In this document: positions 40,005 through 49,927 of the stretch, one piece after another
How positions within the stretch are numbered: the first letter of the stretch is position 1
Layout: each line of letters begins with the position of its first letter
Translations under genes and position numbers: made by a program
Notes under the pieces: model-generated
Databases searched by the model: none
What the model saw: the letters and a program-made list of their open reading frames with translations, nothing else
Told to the model about the DNA's origin: nothing
Source: Candidatus Aenigmatarchaeota archaeon
Lineage (GTDB): Archaea; Aenigmatarchaeota; Aenigmatarchaeia; CG10238-14; SpSt-28
NCBI GenBank assembly: GCA_039000725.1
Contig: JAWBNO010000001.1
Span: 323,795 to 387,794 of the forward strand
DNA length: 64,000 nt
Direction of reading: 5' to 3'

Positions 40005-41929
40005 AGAGCATCATATTTTCTATTGAAATGATATTGGGAATTTCACTAATTTCCATATTTATATTCTTTTACTTTCAAAGAATTTATTATTTTGAAGAAG
40101 ACTTTGGTTATGAAAAAAATTTTATTCAAGCTAAGGATTTAGTAAATGTTTTAAAAAGAATTGAAGTAAAAAATTTTGCTGATAAACCAACTATTAAAAG
40201 TTTAATTGATTCAGGAATTTTAAAAATTGAAGATTTAGAAATTAGTGTATTAGATTTAATAGGTAGCTTATGGTTTTCTGGTTATAAGGAAATGGCTAAA
40301 AACTTTACGATGGAAGTTTTAGAAAATATAACTCAAAAATGCGTTAGAATAGATATTTCTAATGAAACACTTTACTCTTCTTGTGACAAAGAAGGAAAAA
40401 ACTTAGCGGCCTCTTATACTTTAATTTCTGGGTATGAAATAGGAAAACCAGTCAGTGGATATATTGCTAGAGCATGGGCCAAAAAATTTTCGAAAAACAC
40501 AACAAAAATTATACCTTTTTATCCCGAAGGTTCTGGTTGGACAGGAAACAGATTAGAAATTACTAAAAATTTTGAGTTACCACAAAATATAACAATAAAT
40601 AGTGCGATTCTTTTTGTTTCTATTCACTTCGGTACTTCTAAAAGTCAAGCGCAATTTCAGCAGTTAGTAATAAATGGTAGACAGAAAAAAAATGATGTAA
40701 TTTGGCTATACTTGCAAGAAGAAGTTTATGGATCTGAGATAACTACAGCTGCATATGGTTATGTTGATGTGACTAATGATGTTTTACCAGGAAACAATTC
40801 TATTTATCTAGTTATAGGAACACCATTTTATCATTCTCATATTCATCCAGGAATGAGATTGATTATAAATTATTCTTTGATTGAAGAAATGAGTTTGGGA
40901 AATAAAAGTTTTTATAAAAGATATTATTTTGATAATGTTTTTGGTTATACAGGCTCTTGGTCCATGGTTTCATTTTATATTCCAGAAAATGCTAAAAATG
41001 TAAGATCAAATTTAAATTTGAATCTTAAAGATGTAGAAGATACTAGATATTTTACGATTAATACAACAGATATAAGAGTATTTATAAATTCAGATAAGCC
41101 ATTTTATTCAGATGGTGTAGGTGATTATTGTTACTATTATAGAGATGGAGGCTATTATTGTAAGAGAGATATAGTTGGTAAAAAAGATGTAAGATTAAGT
41201 TTTAATATTACGAACCAAACAAAAAAAGGTACGAACGTGATTTCTGTTTATGTTAATTGTTATGGTGATATACATTGGGGAGATAAACAAAGCATAATTT
41301 ATTCAGATCCTTTAAATGATCCAGAAAACTCTAGTTATGTTGAGGTTTATTATGAAATAGATGAACCTCTATACTCTTATGGCGAAATAGATATAACTAA
41401 AGAAAAAATTTTTGGAGGAAATGCAAGTAATCCAAAGATATTTTATTTTAATATTAGTGAAAAAGAGAAAAAAATGATAGAAAATTTTGTTCATATTGCT
41501 CAGGGTTTTAGTAGTATGATAAATGTTACGGTTTATAACTCATCAAATTTACCAACACATGTTTTTCTTTCCCCCTCTCCAAGAGTAGTTCCAGAAAATG
41601 TTTTTATAAATCCAAAGATATTATCTGTAGGAAATAATACTATAAGATTGGTTGATGTTCAACCTAATGGTGGAGTATCTTTAACTAATTATATTTTACC
41701 TTGGTCTTCATTTGAATATACTTATTTAGTTAAGGGAATGGTTGGATATGGAAATGTTTTTGCAAATTTAGAAGATGCAAGAATTGATGCTATTAATAGG
41801 CTTATAACTGAATTGGGTGAAGAAGGAATAGTTGCTTTAAATATAGAAATAGATACTCAATCTGTTCAAGGAATTAGATGGCTTTGGGGACCAACAAGAT
41901 TTAGAATTTTAATATGGGATAATATATGA
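39995..41929 (+). CDS. Large membrane-anchored extracellular pilus-locus protein (644 aa)
   Basis: N-terminal helix SIIFSIEMILGISLISIFIFFYF followed by an Asn/Tyr-rich domain with many N-x-S/T sequons. No family recognised. Confidence 0.6.
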   Translation: MGLKSIIFSIEMILGISLISIFIFFYFQRIYYFEEDFGYEKNFIQAKDLVNVLKRIEVKNFADKPTIKSLIDSGILKIEDLEISVLDLIGSLWFSGYKEMAKNFTMEVLENITQKCVRIDISNETLYSSCDKEGKNLAASYTLISGYEIGKPVSGYIARAWAKKFSKNTTKIIPFYPEGSGWTGNRLEITKNFELPQNITINSAILFVSIHFGTSKSQAQFQQLVINGRQKKNDVIWLYLQEEVYGSEITTAAYGYVDVTNDVLPGNNSIYLVIGTPFYHSHIHPGMRLIINYSLIEEMSLGNKSFYKRYYFDNVFGYTGSWSMVSFYIPENAKNVRSNLNLNLKDVEDTRYFTINTTDIRVFINSDKPFYSDGVGDYCYYYRDGGYYCKRDIVGKKDVRLSFNITNQTKKGTNVISVYVNCYGDIHWGDKQSIIYSDPLNDPENSSYVEVYYEIDEPLYSYGEIDITKEKIFGGNASNPKIFYFNISEKEKKMIENFVHIAQGFSSMINVTVYNSSNLPTHVFLSPSPRVVPENVFINPKILSVGNNTIRLVDVQPNGGVSLTNYILPWSSFEYTYLVKGMVGYGNVFANLEDARIDAINRLITELGEEGIVALNIEIDTQSVQGIRWLWGPTRFRILIWDNI

Positions 41930-42891
41930 AAGGATTATTGTTTAGTATAATTTTGTTTTTTATTACTTTGTTTATTCTTTCTTCCTTTTTATACTATGGT
42001 CAAATATCAATGTATTATACTGCAGAAAAAGCTGTAGAAAATAGAATAAAAACTATGGTTAAAATTATTGAAGATGTTTTTGAAGACTCAAAAAGAGCAA
42101 TGAGCATTGTTACTAATAGAGCTATAGTTTCAGCAGTAAATTATGTAATTATAAATGGAGTAGGTTTAAATTCAGCCAACGAAACAATAAAAGAGCTAAT
42201 TTTATTTTCTTCAATAGATGGTAATAAGCAACCTTTAATGGAAAATAGTAATATAAATGATTGGATTGCTACAATGGAGTATTTAATAAGTCTCTATGGT
42301 TTTGAATCTAAAATTCAAATTAAAGATCTAAAAATTTTACCATATGATAGTTTTACTATAGAGGTAATTTTTTCATTAGAAATATTTTTAAGTGATAGAA
42401 AAATTGAGACAAATATAACTAAAGAAAAAAACTTTAGAGTTTTAGTTAGCATAGAAAATATAGAAGATCCTTTATATCCTCTTAACACTTATGGTAGAGT
42501 TGTTAATGTAATTAGAAGAAGTCCAAACTGGCCTAAATATTATTATGATAATACAACAAATCTTCTAGATGATATGTCTAACTCTTACTATAATCCTTCT
42601 TTAAATGGGGCAAGCTTTTTTGATAGATTGGAAGGGAAATATTTCGTTCAGGAGAAATATAGAAGGGAAAATATAATTGGTTTGGAAAGTTTTGTAAACA
42701 AGGAAAAAATTGAGTTGGTTGGTTTACCCGTAAGATATAATCAAACTAATATAGATTATTTGTATTTCTCTAATTTTCTCGTTCAATCGTTTAAAGTTTA
42801 TGGTATGCCTGATAACTTTAGATTAGATAATGAAACTACTATAAATAATAAAACACATCTTCAAATTTATAATGTAAGTGTGATAACATGA
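41926..42891 (+). CDS. Membrane-anchored pilus-locus protein (321 aa)
   Basis: N-terminal helix LLFSIILFFITLFILSSFLYY. Overlapping start/stop codons with neighbours. Confidence 0.55.
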   Translation: MKGLLFSIILFFITLFILSSFLYYGQISMYYTAEKAVENRIKTMVKIIEDVFEDSKRAMSIVTNRAIVSAVNYVIINGVGLNSANETIKELILFSSIDGNKQPLMENSNINDWIATMEYLISLYGFESKIQIKDLKILPYDSFTIEVIFSLEIFLSDRKIETNITKEKNFRVLVSIENIEDPLYPLNTYGRVVNVIRRSPNWPKYYYDNTTNLLDDMSNSYYNPSLNGASFFDRLEGKYFVQEKYRRENIIGLESFVNKEKIELVGLPVRYNQTNIDYLYFSNFLVQSFKVYGMPDNFRLDNETTINNKTHLQIYNVSVIT

Positions 42892-43634
42892 AAGTAAAGC
42901 ACATTCTTATTTTTGTATTTTTTGTAGCTATTATTGCTTTTTATATTTTCATTTTCAAAGAAAAAAATCAAATAGTTTTAATAAAGATTATTGGAGAAAA
43001 ATCTAACAACAATCTAAACTTAAATTTAGGTAATTACACAAATTTTAGTAAAGAGACTCCAGAAGAAAAATTCCAATCAAATTATTCTAATTATTCTAAA
43101 GTTGAAAATTACACTTCCACATATATACAAGAAGAAAAATTAAACTTTAGTGTACCAAAATACTTAAAATTTGTGGGTATTTGCTCTGGAAAATTTTTTG
43201 ATGTAATTTCAGTAGCTGAGGGAATGACTAAATGTATAAATAAAGAATCTCCATATGATATTTTGATTGATATGGGAAACGAAAGTATAAACTTTAGTTT
43301 AATTGATTTTTCTGATTTTAAAGAATCTTATACTTTAAATGATACAGTTTTAATTTTTTATTTATTCGCTGAAGATGTTTCTACTGTTAGTGAAATGATA
43401 GATAGTTTCTTTTTAACAGGCAGTAATTTCATAGATATTGGGGAATACACTTTACATACAGTTTGGAAATATGATAAAAATGGTAATTTAGTTATAGATA
43501 AAATGATAGTAGCTTTGCCTATAATTATTCATCCTTATGAGGCTTTGCAAGGAGATTATTTATTGAAATTTTATATGAATGCACTAAATAGATCTTTTTA
43601 CTTAGGAGAAGTAAAAATAAAAATAAAAAAATAG
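42888..43634 (+). CDS. Membrane-anchored pilus-locus protein (248 aa)
   Basis: N-terminal helix ILIFVFFVAIIAFYIFIF. Last gene of the plus-strand operon. Confidence 0.55.
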   Translation: MKVKHILIFVFFVAIIAFYIFIFKEKNQIVLIKIIGEKSNNNLNLNLGNYTNFSKETPEEKFQSNYSNYSKVENYTSTYIQEEKLNFSVPKYLKFVGICSGKFFDVISVAEGMTKCINKESPYDILIDMGNESINFSLIDFSDFKESYTLNDTVLIFYLFAEDVSTVSEMIDSFFLTGSNFIDIGEYTLHTVWKYDKNGNLVIDKMIVALPIIIHPYEALQGDYLLKFYMNALNRSFYLGEVKIKIKK

Positions 43635-43642
43635 AAAAGCGT

Positions 43643-44020
43643 TTACGGGAATCTTACTGTTAGTTGGTGTGTTAAGCCACTATCTAAATCAGTATATACT
43701 ATTGTTACATCTCCTTTGAAGGCATTGGGGCATGAGATAGTTCCCCTCTCGTTTGCTGGTATGTTAACACCCAAGTTTTGACATGTGTTTTGTCCCCTAA
43801 CTTCGTCAATTCTTACATCTTTAATACTGCTAACTACAAGATTATCTAAGTTGTGGTCAACATACACTAATGGTGTTCCGGGCGGAAATACTGGTTTACT
43901 TGTTCCTGTTGTTGGCAATCTAAAGACACCCATTGCATATAGTGCTGCTATTACTGCCACTACTATTAGAATTGCCCATCCATATGTCATTAGGAATTCT
44001 AAAGCAGCTTGGGCTTTCAT
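43643..44020 (-). CDS. Type IV pilin (class III signal peptide), candidate major pilin of locus 2
   Basis: MKAQAALEFLMTYGWAILIVVAVIAALYAMG (A|Q-x3-E). 125 aa, with GC-richer codon usage than its neighbours. Confidence 0.75.
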   Translation of the reverse strand: MKAQAALEFLMTYGWAILIVVAVIAALYAMGVFRLPTTGTSKPVFPPGTPLVYVDHNLDNLVVSSIKDVRIDEVRGQNTCQNLGVNIPANERGTISCPNAFKGDVTIVYTDLDSGLTHQLTVRFP

Positions 44021-44066
44021 ATTTCTCCCTATTCTTTATTTGTTTTCTATAATTTAAAACTTGGAT

Positions 44067-45065
44067 TTATAAAGAAACAGAAACAGTAATAGAGCCAAAA
44101 ATATATGATAATAAGAGTTGAGAAAGTAAGAATATAATTGTTTGCAATGTTAAAAATATGGGAATATATTTAATTCCAGCTTTTTCTTTTCCTTCTTTCA
44201 ATATCCCAATTATCATGCTAGAAAATATAGAAGTAATAAATAGAACAGAAAAAGAGTAATAGGTTATAAAAGTTGGAGAAATTTTAATTGATCCAAATTT
44301 TATTATTCCTATTCCAATGTTCGAATATCTTTCCACATTTTCTATATTCAATGTTTGACTAATTTCTGCTATAGTTTTTATTAGAAATGTAGATATGGAA
44401 AATAGAATTGGGGCTGCAACACCAACAGCTATTATTATAAATAAAGAGTACATACTAACTTGAGCAGCAATTTCTTTTTTAAGCAATTTTATTTCTCTTA
44501 CATCATCTGCAACTTCTTCAAGAATTTTAGCTAGTTCACCACCTTTTCTCATCCCTTCAACAATTAGTTTAAATGTTCTTTCAACTAATCTAGATTTTAT
44601 CTTTTTAGATATTTCTAGTAAAGATTCTTCTATAGGCTGACCAGAAACCGCTTTACTTCCCGCTATTCTTATTTCTTTTTCCAATATTCCAAATTCAGGT
44701 CTTGCCGAAATTAGAAGAGCTTTATCTGGAGTTAAACCAGATCTTATGTTAGCAGCTATTAATTGAAGCATATCTGGCAAAATATTTTCAGCGAACTCTG
44801 CATTTTTGTCAGCTAGTATTACGAGAATTAAATGTGGTATTAAAAAGGTTATAATTGAAAAGAATGGCAAAAAAATTATTAATTGGGTAAATTTAAGTAG
44901 ATTAAATATAAAAAAAAGAAGTGCTGTAATTGATAATACATACATCAAAATAGTTATGCAGAATTTTTCTTTTTTAATGTGAATATTAGAGTAATTAAGA
45001 TTTTTTTCTAGCCAATTTAAGTAATTTTTAGGAAATATTGTTCTTACTAATCTTTCGTACTTCAT
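44067..45065 (-). CDS. TadC (T2SS-F)-like membrane protein
   Basis: TM-soluble-TM layout (LQLIAANIRSGLTPDKALL...). Downstream of the ATPase and TadB-like genes. Confidence 0.65.
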   Translation of the reverse strand: MKYERLVRTIFPKNYLNWLEKNLNYSNIHIKKEKFCITILMYVLSITALLFFIFNLLKFTQLIIFLPFFSIITFLIPHLILVILADKNAEFAENILPDMLQLIAANIRSGLTPDKALLISARPEFGILEKEIRIAGSKAVSGQPIEESLLEISKKIKSRLVERTFKLIVEGMRKGGELAKILEEVADDVREIKLLKKEIAAQVSMYSLFIIIAVGVAAPILFSISTFLIKTIAEISQTLNIENVERYSNIGIGIIKFGSIKISPTFITYYSFSVLFITSIFSSMIIGILKEGKEKAGIKYIPIFLTLQTIIFLLSQLLLSYIFGSITVSVSL

Positions 45066-45940
45066 ATTTCCACGCTTGGTCTCTGACTTTTAATTAAACC
45101 CAAAAACATTATTTGAAATATCGTTATTACAAATAGTATAAGATAAAAGAAAGTTTGAGGTATATTTATTCCGGAAAAACTAGAAAGAATAACTAATAAA
45201 GTTATACCCAAAGTTGGTACTATTATTGTTAACATTAAATACATTAAAGCGTATGGGCTAAGTTGTGAACCATACTTTCTAATTTTTACTTTTTGCTCTT
45301 GAGTAAGTTCTGTTGCAATTATTCCTAAAATTTTCCCCAAATCAGCTCCAGTTTTCATAGCATTAGTTATTTGCCATATTACTTTTTTAAAAGTTGGATG
45401 AGAGGTTCTTATTGCTAATTCTTCAAAAACATTTATTTGATCTTTACCAGCGGAAATTTCTTTTACACATTTTTCCAATTCCTTAGATATAAAACCATAA
45501 TTCTCTTTAGAAACTGAGATCAATCCTTCAAATAAGGGAACACCAGATTTAACTTCAAGGTACAAATGTCTTATTGCAAAGACAAGATTTCTCTCTATAT
45601 CTTTATTTTTTTTTGATATTCTGTAATTAGGATAGAATATTATGTAAAATAAGGCTATTAGGGAAATTAACAAAGAAATTATAAAGCTTATGTAAATAAA
45701 AAAAGCGTTTAATATAATAGAAATCAAATTTAAAATTGTGAAAAGTATTAAAAACCAATAAAGGGAAGAGAATATAGCTATGGAGACATATTCCCTACTT
45801 TTTAATGGAATTTCCGCTTCTATAAGATTTTTTTCTAAAGAAGGCATTGTTTTTACAATTTTGTCGGCGATCCAAATAAAAGGTTTAGAAAATTTTAATG
45901 CAATATTTGTTTTGAATGGAACAAAAGGTATAGCCTTCAT
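45062..45940 (-). CDS. TadB (T2SS-F)-like membrane protein
   Basis: RHLYLEVKSGVPLFEGL... soluble domain flanked by TM helices. Overlaps the ATPase stop. Confidence 0.65.
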   Translation of the reverse strand: MKAIPFVPFKTNIALKFSKPFIWIADKIVKTMPSLEKNLIEAEIPLKSREYVSIAIFSSLYWFLILFTILNLISIILNAFFIYISFIISLLISLIALFYIIFYPNYRISKKNKDIERNLVFAIRHLYLEVKSGVPLFEGLISVSKENYGFISKELEKCVKEISAGKDQINVFEELAIRTSHPTFKKVIWQITNAMKTGADLGKILGIIATELTQEQKVKIRKYGSQLSPYALMYLMLTIIVPTLGITLLVILSSFSGINIPQTFFYLILFVITIFQIMFLGLIKSQRPSVEI

Positions 45941-47442
45941 TTAAACCAACTTTCAATAACATTTTCTATCTTATCATTATTTTTTACAGCATCTAAGACA
46001 ACATCCGGTTTTAAGTAATATATTGCTATAATTCTACCAATTTTATTTATATCTCTAACTTCATTTTTGCATAACCATTTTAATATTTCAGTTTTTTCTT
46101 TCAAATCTTTTTCTATTTCTTGATCTGTCATACCAGTATGCATTCTAATTTCTTCCCTAACTCTAAAACTTTCTTTTTCTTTAACTATCTCATCTTTTAT
46201 AGGTTTCCATCTATAAATTACATTAATTTCTGTTTTTTTCTCTCCAGGCAATATTTCAGCTAGTTGAAATAATCTTCTTTTTCCACTTCTTCTATCTCTA
46301 TATGCTACTGCAATTAAATGTAAAGCTTCAATTACAGTTTCAGGAACATTAATAGGAGGGTTTGTTAATCTTTTAAAGGCTTGTTCTGCTGTATCTGCAT
46401 GTAATGTAGCATAAACACTATGACCAGTGTGCATAGCTTCAAACAAAACTTCAGCTTCTTCAGCTCTTCTAACCTCCCCAACTATTATTCTATCTGGTCT
46501 CATTCTTAAGCTATTAACTAGCAAGTCAATCATTTTAACTTCTCCCAATCCTTCTGGATTTGCCTCTCTTGTAGTTAAAGGAACCCAATGCAAGAAATCT
46601 GGAAGTTGAATTTCTCTAGTTTCTTCAATTAATATAATTCTTTGATTTGGTGGAATAAAGTTTGCAAAAACATTTAATAAAGAAGTTTTACCACTAGCTG
46701 TACCTCCAGCTATTATCATGTTTAACTCATATTGAATGGCTAACCAAATAAATGAGGCAACTTCAAAGTTTATGGTTTTGTTTTCAATCATATCAACTAT
46801 AGTCCAAGGAGATCTTCTAAACTTTCTTATGGTTATTGTATTTCCAAAAGATGAAATTGGCATTAAAGTTGCATTAATTCTATCTCCAGTTGGTAGGTGA
46901 GCGTCCATTAATGGATTAAGAATTGTTATTTGTCTTCCAACTTTTCTACCTATATTGTTAGCATAATTTAGAATTTCATTTTCATTTTCTATTATTAGGT
47001 TTGTTTTCAACCATCCGTATTTTTTGTGATAAACCCATATTGGTTTTTTTGAGCCGTTAATTGCAATTTCTTCAAGATAAGGATCAGAAAGTAAAAATTC
47101 TATTTTTCCTAAGCCAAACATTTCTTGAATTAAAATGCCAATAAGTATCTTTTGTGTTTGTAAATCTAAATATGGCAATTGTTTTTTTAGTATTTCCTTA
47201 CCCCTATCCATAAACTTGGACTTTATCTGCTCATAGCTCTTAAATTCAGAAATTTCACTAGATTTTATTGGTATTTCAGATAAAAGAATTGTTTTTACTT
47301 TTTCTAACAAAGCTAAAGTTCCTTCAGAAATTTCAGGAAACCCTAATTCATAATAATATACAAAGTCTTCTGTTTGTTTTATTTGAACTTTAGCTTTAAT
47401 ATCTTCAGATATAATTTCGTAACTTTCTATAAGCTTTACCAT
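45937..47442 (-). CDS. Type II/IV secretion-family ATPase (TadA/VirB11/FlaI-like)
   Basis: Walker A IIAGGTASGKTSLLN, IILIEETREI, PDRIIVGEVRRAEEA, ATLHA. Confidence 0.9.
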   Translation of the reverse strand: MVKLIESYEIISEDIKAKVQIKQTEDFVYYYELGFPEISEGTLALLEKVKTILLSEIPIKSSEISEFKSYEQIKSKFMDRGKEILKKQLPYLDLQTQKILIGILIQEMFGLGKIEFLLSDPYLEEIAINGSKKPIWVYHKKYGWLKTNLIIENENEILNYANNIGRKVGRQITILNPLMDAHLPTGDRINATLMPISSFGNTITIRKFRRSPWTIVDMIENKTINFEVASFIWLAIQYELNMIIAGGTASGKTSLLNVFANFIPPNQRIILIEETREIQLPDFLHWVPLTTREANPEGLGEVKMIDLLVNSLRMRPDRIIVGEVRRAEEAEVLFEAMHTGHSVYATLHADTAEQAFKRLTNPPINVPETVIEALHLIAVAYRDRRSGKRRLFQLAEILPGEKKTEINVIYRWKPIKDEIVKEKESFRVREEIRMHTGMTDQEIEKDLKEKTEILKWLCKNEVRDINKIGRIIAIYYLKPDVVLDAVKNNDKIENVIESWFK

Positions 47443-48194
47443 TACATAATTTTGGGTTTTAACTTTATAATTGGCGATTTAAGAGGCCTATAGTTTATTT
47501 CAATTAATCCTTTTTCTTCCAATATTTTTGCCCATTCTTCTACTAAATTTTCACTTATAGATAACTTATTGGCAATTTCTTTAACTGTCATTTCTTTCTT
47601 TTCCAACAGCTTTAACATATCATCAACTTTAGTATATATTTTTTCTTTTATTTCTTCCTTAGAAACGCCTCTGATCAAATCAGTAAATGTTATTATTCCT
47701 ACTAATCTTTTTCTTTTGTCAACTACTAAAAGCCTTTTTATTTTATATCTTTCCATTTTTCTTTTTGCATTTTCTACAGTATCGTTTTCATTAATACAGA
47801 TTGGTTTTTTCATAAACTCAGCTACCTTATATTTTTTCAATATTTTGAAATCGTTTTCATTTAATTCTAACAAATCTTTTTTTCTAACTAATTTTAAAAT
47901 ATCGGTTTTGCTTAATTCTCCAACAAAATATTTTTTATCTAAAACTGGAGCACCAGAGATATTTTTCTCAATAAAAATTTTTGCCGCGTCATATAAAGTT
48001 TGATTAGCATAAAGTGGTACTATATTTTTTGACATTACTTCAGAAACTAAAAGTTTCTTTTTTTTTGCTTTTGGACCTTTCTTTAATTTGATATATTCTT
48101 TCTCTTTGTTTCTTATATTTCTAGCTTTCTTACCAAATTTTTTAATAAAAGAAAAAAATTCTTTTATCATAAATATGATTTTGATTTTTATCAT
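47442..48194 (-). CDS. CBS-pair protein with C-terminal winged-helix/HTH, putative regulator of locus 2
   Basis: ISGAPVLDKKYFVGELSKTDIL, IKRLLVVDKRKRLVGIITFTDL, then MTVKEIANKLSISENLVEEWAKILEEKGLIE. Confidence 0.65.
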   Translation of the reverse strand: MIKIKIIFMIKEFFSFIKKFGKKARNIRNKEKEYIKLKKGPKAKKKKLLVSEVMSKNIVPLYANQTLYDAAKIFIEKNISGAPVLDKKYFVGELSKTDILKLVRKKDLLELNENDFKILKKYKVAEFMKKPICINENDTVENAKRKMERYKIKRLLVVDKRKRLVGIITFTDLIRGVSKEEIKEKIYTKVDDMLKLLEKKEMTVKEIANKLSISENLVEEWAKILEEKGLIEINYRPLKSPIIKLKPKIM

Positions 48195-48204
48195 AAAAAT
48201 GATT

Positions 48205-48306
48205 AGCCCTGGGCGGGACTCGAACCCGCAACCCCTCGCTAACTTGTCTTCATTATTCAGATTAGCGTATTACAAGGCGAGTGCTCTACCGTTGAGCTAC
48301 CAGGGC
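48205..48306 (-). tRNA. tRNA-Thr (UGU) with a canonical-position intron (about 30 nt)
   Basis: gccctgg/ccagggc acceptor. Anticodon stem ctcgc/gcgag, loop ctTGTa followed by the intron. The intron 3' segment acaag pairs with cttgt, as in a bulge-helix-bulge (BHB) motif. Confidence 0.85.
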
Positions 48307-48314
48307 ATAAAATA

Positions 48315-48965
48315 TTATTTTATGGATAATTTTAAACTTCTTGCTATTATATCAAGTTCAAATCCAGAGGTTTTACTACCAACTAAAGCACCATAAGAAT
48401 TTGCTATTATACCACTTTTAACAAAAGGAGACCCCAAATTTACACTAGACCTTTCAACATCTACTTTTAGTACTTCCCTAATAACTTTAATATCGTTCTC
48501 ACTGGCATCTCTATGAACAATAGCTCCATTGTTTGTGGCAAAACAAACACTTCCAACAACTTTAATATTTGCAATTTTTGTTTGATAAACCTCTACATTC
48601 AAGCATTCTTCTATTTCTTTCAAATTTTTCTTAGATATCAAATCGCTAACAATAGCACCTTTATCATTGCTACATATCAAATTTCCTATTGCGGTGAATT
48701 TTTCTTTTAAAACCATAACGTTAATGCCTAATCTTTTTATATTTTTTATTTCGTTTTCTTTAACTATTTTTGGTAGTATTATTCCGTTGGAGTTTCCAGC
48801 TATAAATAGTCCAATTAATTCTGATTCTGCTATCGAAAGCTTGAAACTTGGAACTTTAAGTATTTTTGAATAATCCTTATCAAAAGAAGAAATAAAAAAT
48901 TTGTCAGTTGCAAAACCATAAAATCCTATATTCACATCTCCAAAGTAGTCTTCTAAAACTATCAT
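48315..48965 (-). CDS. eif6: Translation initiation factor 6 (aIF6)
   Basis: 216 aa with a pentein-repeat pattern (NIGFYGFATDKF..., GNLICSNDKGAIV, GSVCFATNNGAIVH, SGIIANSYGALVG). Confidence 0.85.
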   Translation of the reverse strand: MIVLEDYFGDVNIGFYGFATDKFFISSFDKDYSKILKVPSFKLSIAESELIGLFIAGNSNGIILPKIVKENEIKNIKRLGINVMVLKEKFTAIGNLICSNDKGAIVSDLISKKNLKEIEECLNVEVYQTKIANIKVVGSVCFATNNGAIVHRDASENDIKVIREVLKVDVERSSVNLGSPFVKSGIIANSYGALVGSKTSGFELDIIARSLKLSIK

Positions 48966-48990
48966 TAATTTTTATTGATTTTATTTTATA

Positions 48991-49242
48991 TTAACTAATT
49001 GGTTCAATTTTATAGATTTCCCCATCTCTAATTACTTTAACTCTAATTTTTGTTATAGGTTTTTTTATGCCTCTCTTCCATACAATTTCATTTAATTTCG
49101 GTGATAATTTAATCTTTTCAGACTTAAGCCTTTTTTTCAGCAGTCTTCTTATTGTTAGAATAGCTATTTTACTTCTTTTCCACTTAGCTTTTTTCACTAA
49201 CGTTTTTCTTAAGCTAATTGTTAAGATTTTTTCCTCTACCAT
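48991..49242 (-). CDS. rpl31e: Ribosomal protein L31e (eL31)
   Basis: LTISLRK...KWKRSKIAILTIRRLL...LNEIVWKRGIKKP. Confidence 0.85.
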   Translation of the reverse strand: MVEEKILTISLRKTLVKKAKWKRSKIAILTIRRLLKKRLKSEKIKLSPKLNEIVWKRGIKKPITKIRVKVIRDGEIYKIEPIS

Positions 49243-49305
49243 AGATTTTATTATTGTATTATTCGGTTTAAAAATCTTTTAAATATGGCAATAAAATACT
49301 AATTA

Positions 49306-49459
49306 GGTGAAAAAATGAAAGCAATAAGCGCCTTCGTAGCTACTATATTATTAGTTGGCTTCACAGTAGCTGTAGGTGCAATAATATCAACTTGGTTTCT
49401 GACTTATACAAGAACAACAACAGCAGGAGTAGGATCAGCAACAGCATGTGCAGCAGGAA
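49306..49459 (+). repeat. Direct repeat copy 1 (SD plus the first 145 nt of the pilin gene), identical to 49774-49927
   Basis: By-eye comparison: ggtgaaaaaatgaaagcaataagc...gcagcaggaa is identical in both copies. Confidence 0.85.
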
Positions 49460-49737
49460 TGTTAGATGTAATTGTGCCAAGTATTTCAGTTAATCAAGTA
49501 GTAATTCAGACATTTAATAGAGGAAATGTTGATCTCAATAATGTTGCAATTTCTGTAATTTGTGATACAAACTCTGATAATTATGTTATACCTAATTTAA
49601 GCAAAAGTTCAATAAATACAACAACCTTGACTTTATCAGGATGTAATTATTCTAATGTAGTAGTTTCAGCAATAGCTACCTGTGAAGGTGGAGGAACTAT
49701 TAGTGGCGGTTGTTCAGCATCAGCATGTAGACCTTAA
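49315..49737 (+). CDS. Archaeal type IV pilin-like protein, tandem paralog A (MKAIS class)
   Basis: MKAISAFVATILLVGFTVAVGAIISTWF..., Thr/Ser/Asn-rich middle, C-terminus CEGGGTISGGCSASACRP. aggtga SD upstream. Confidence 0.75.
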   Translation: MKAISAFVATILLVGFTVAVGAIISTWFLTYTRTTTAGVGSATACAAGMLDVIVPSISVNQVVIQTFNRGNVDLNNVAISVICDTNSDNYVIPNLSKSSINTTTLTLSGCNYSNVVVSAIATCEGGGTISGGCSASACRP

Positions 49738-49773
49738 AATATCCATAACATGAAATGTTAAAAAAATAAAAAG

Positions 49774-49927
49774 GGTGAAAAAATGAAAGCAATAAGCGCC
49801 TTCGTAGCTACTATATTATTAGTTGGCTTCACAGTAGCTGTAGGTGCAATAATATCAACTTGGTTTCTGACTTATACAAGAACAACAACAGCAGGAGTAG
49901 GATCAGCAACAGCATGTGCAGCAGGAA
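49774..49927 (+). repeat. Direct repeat copy 2 (see 49306-49459)
   Basis: Identical by eye to copy 1. The first difference is at the codon after ...AAG. Confidence 0.85.
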
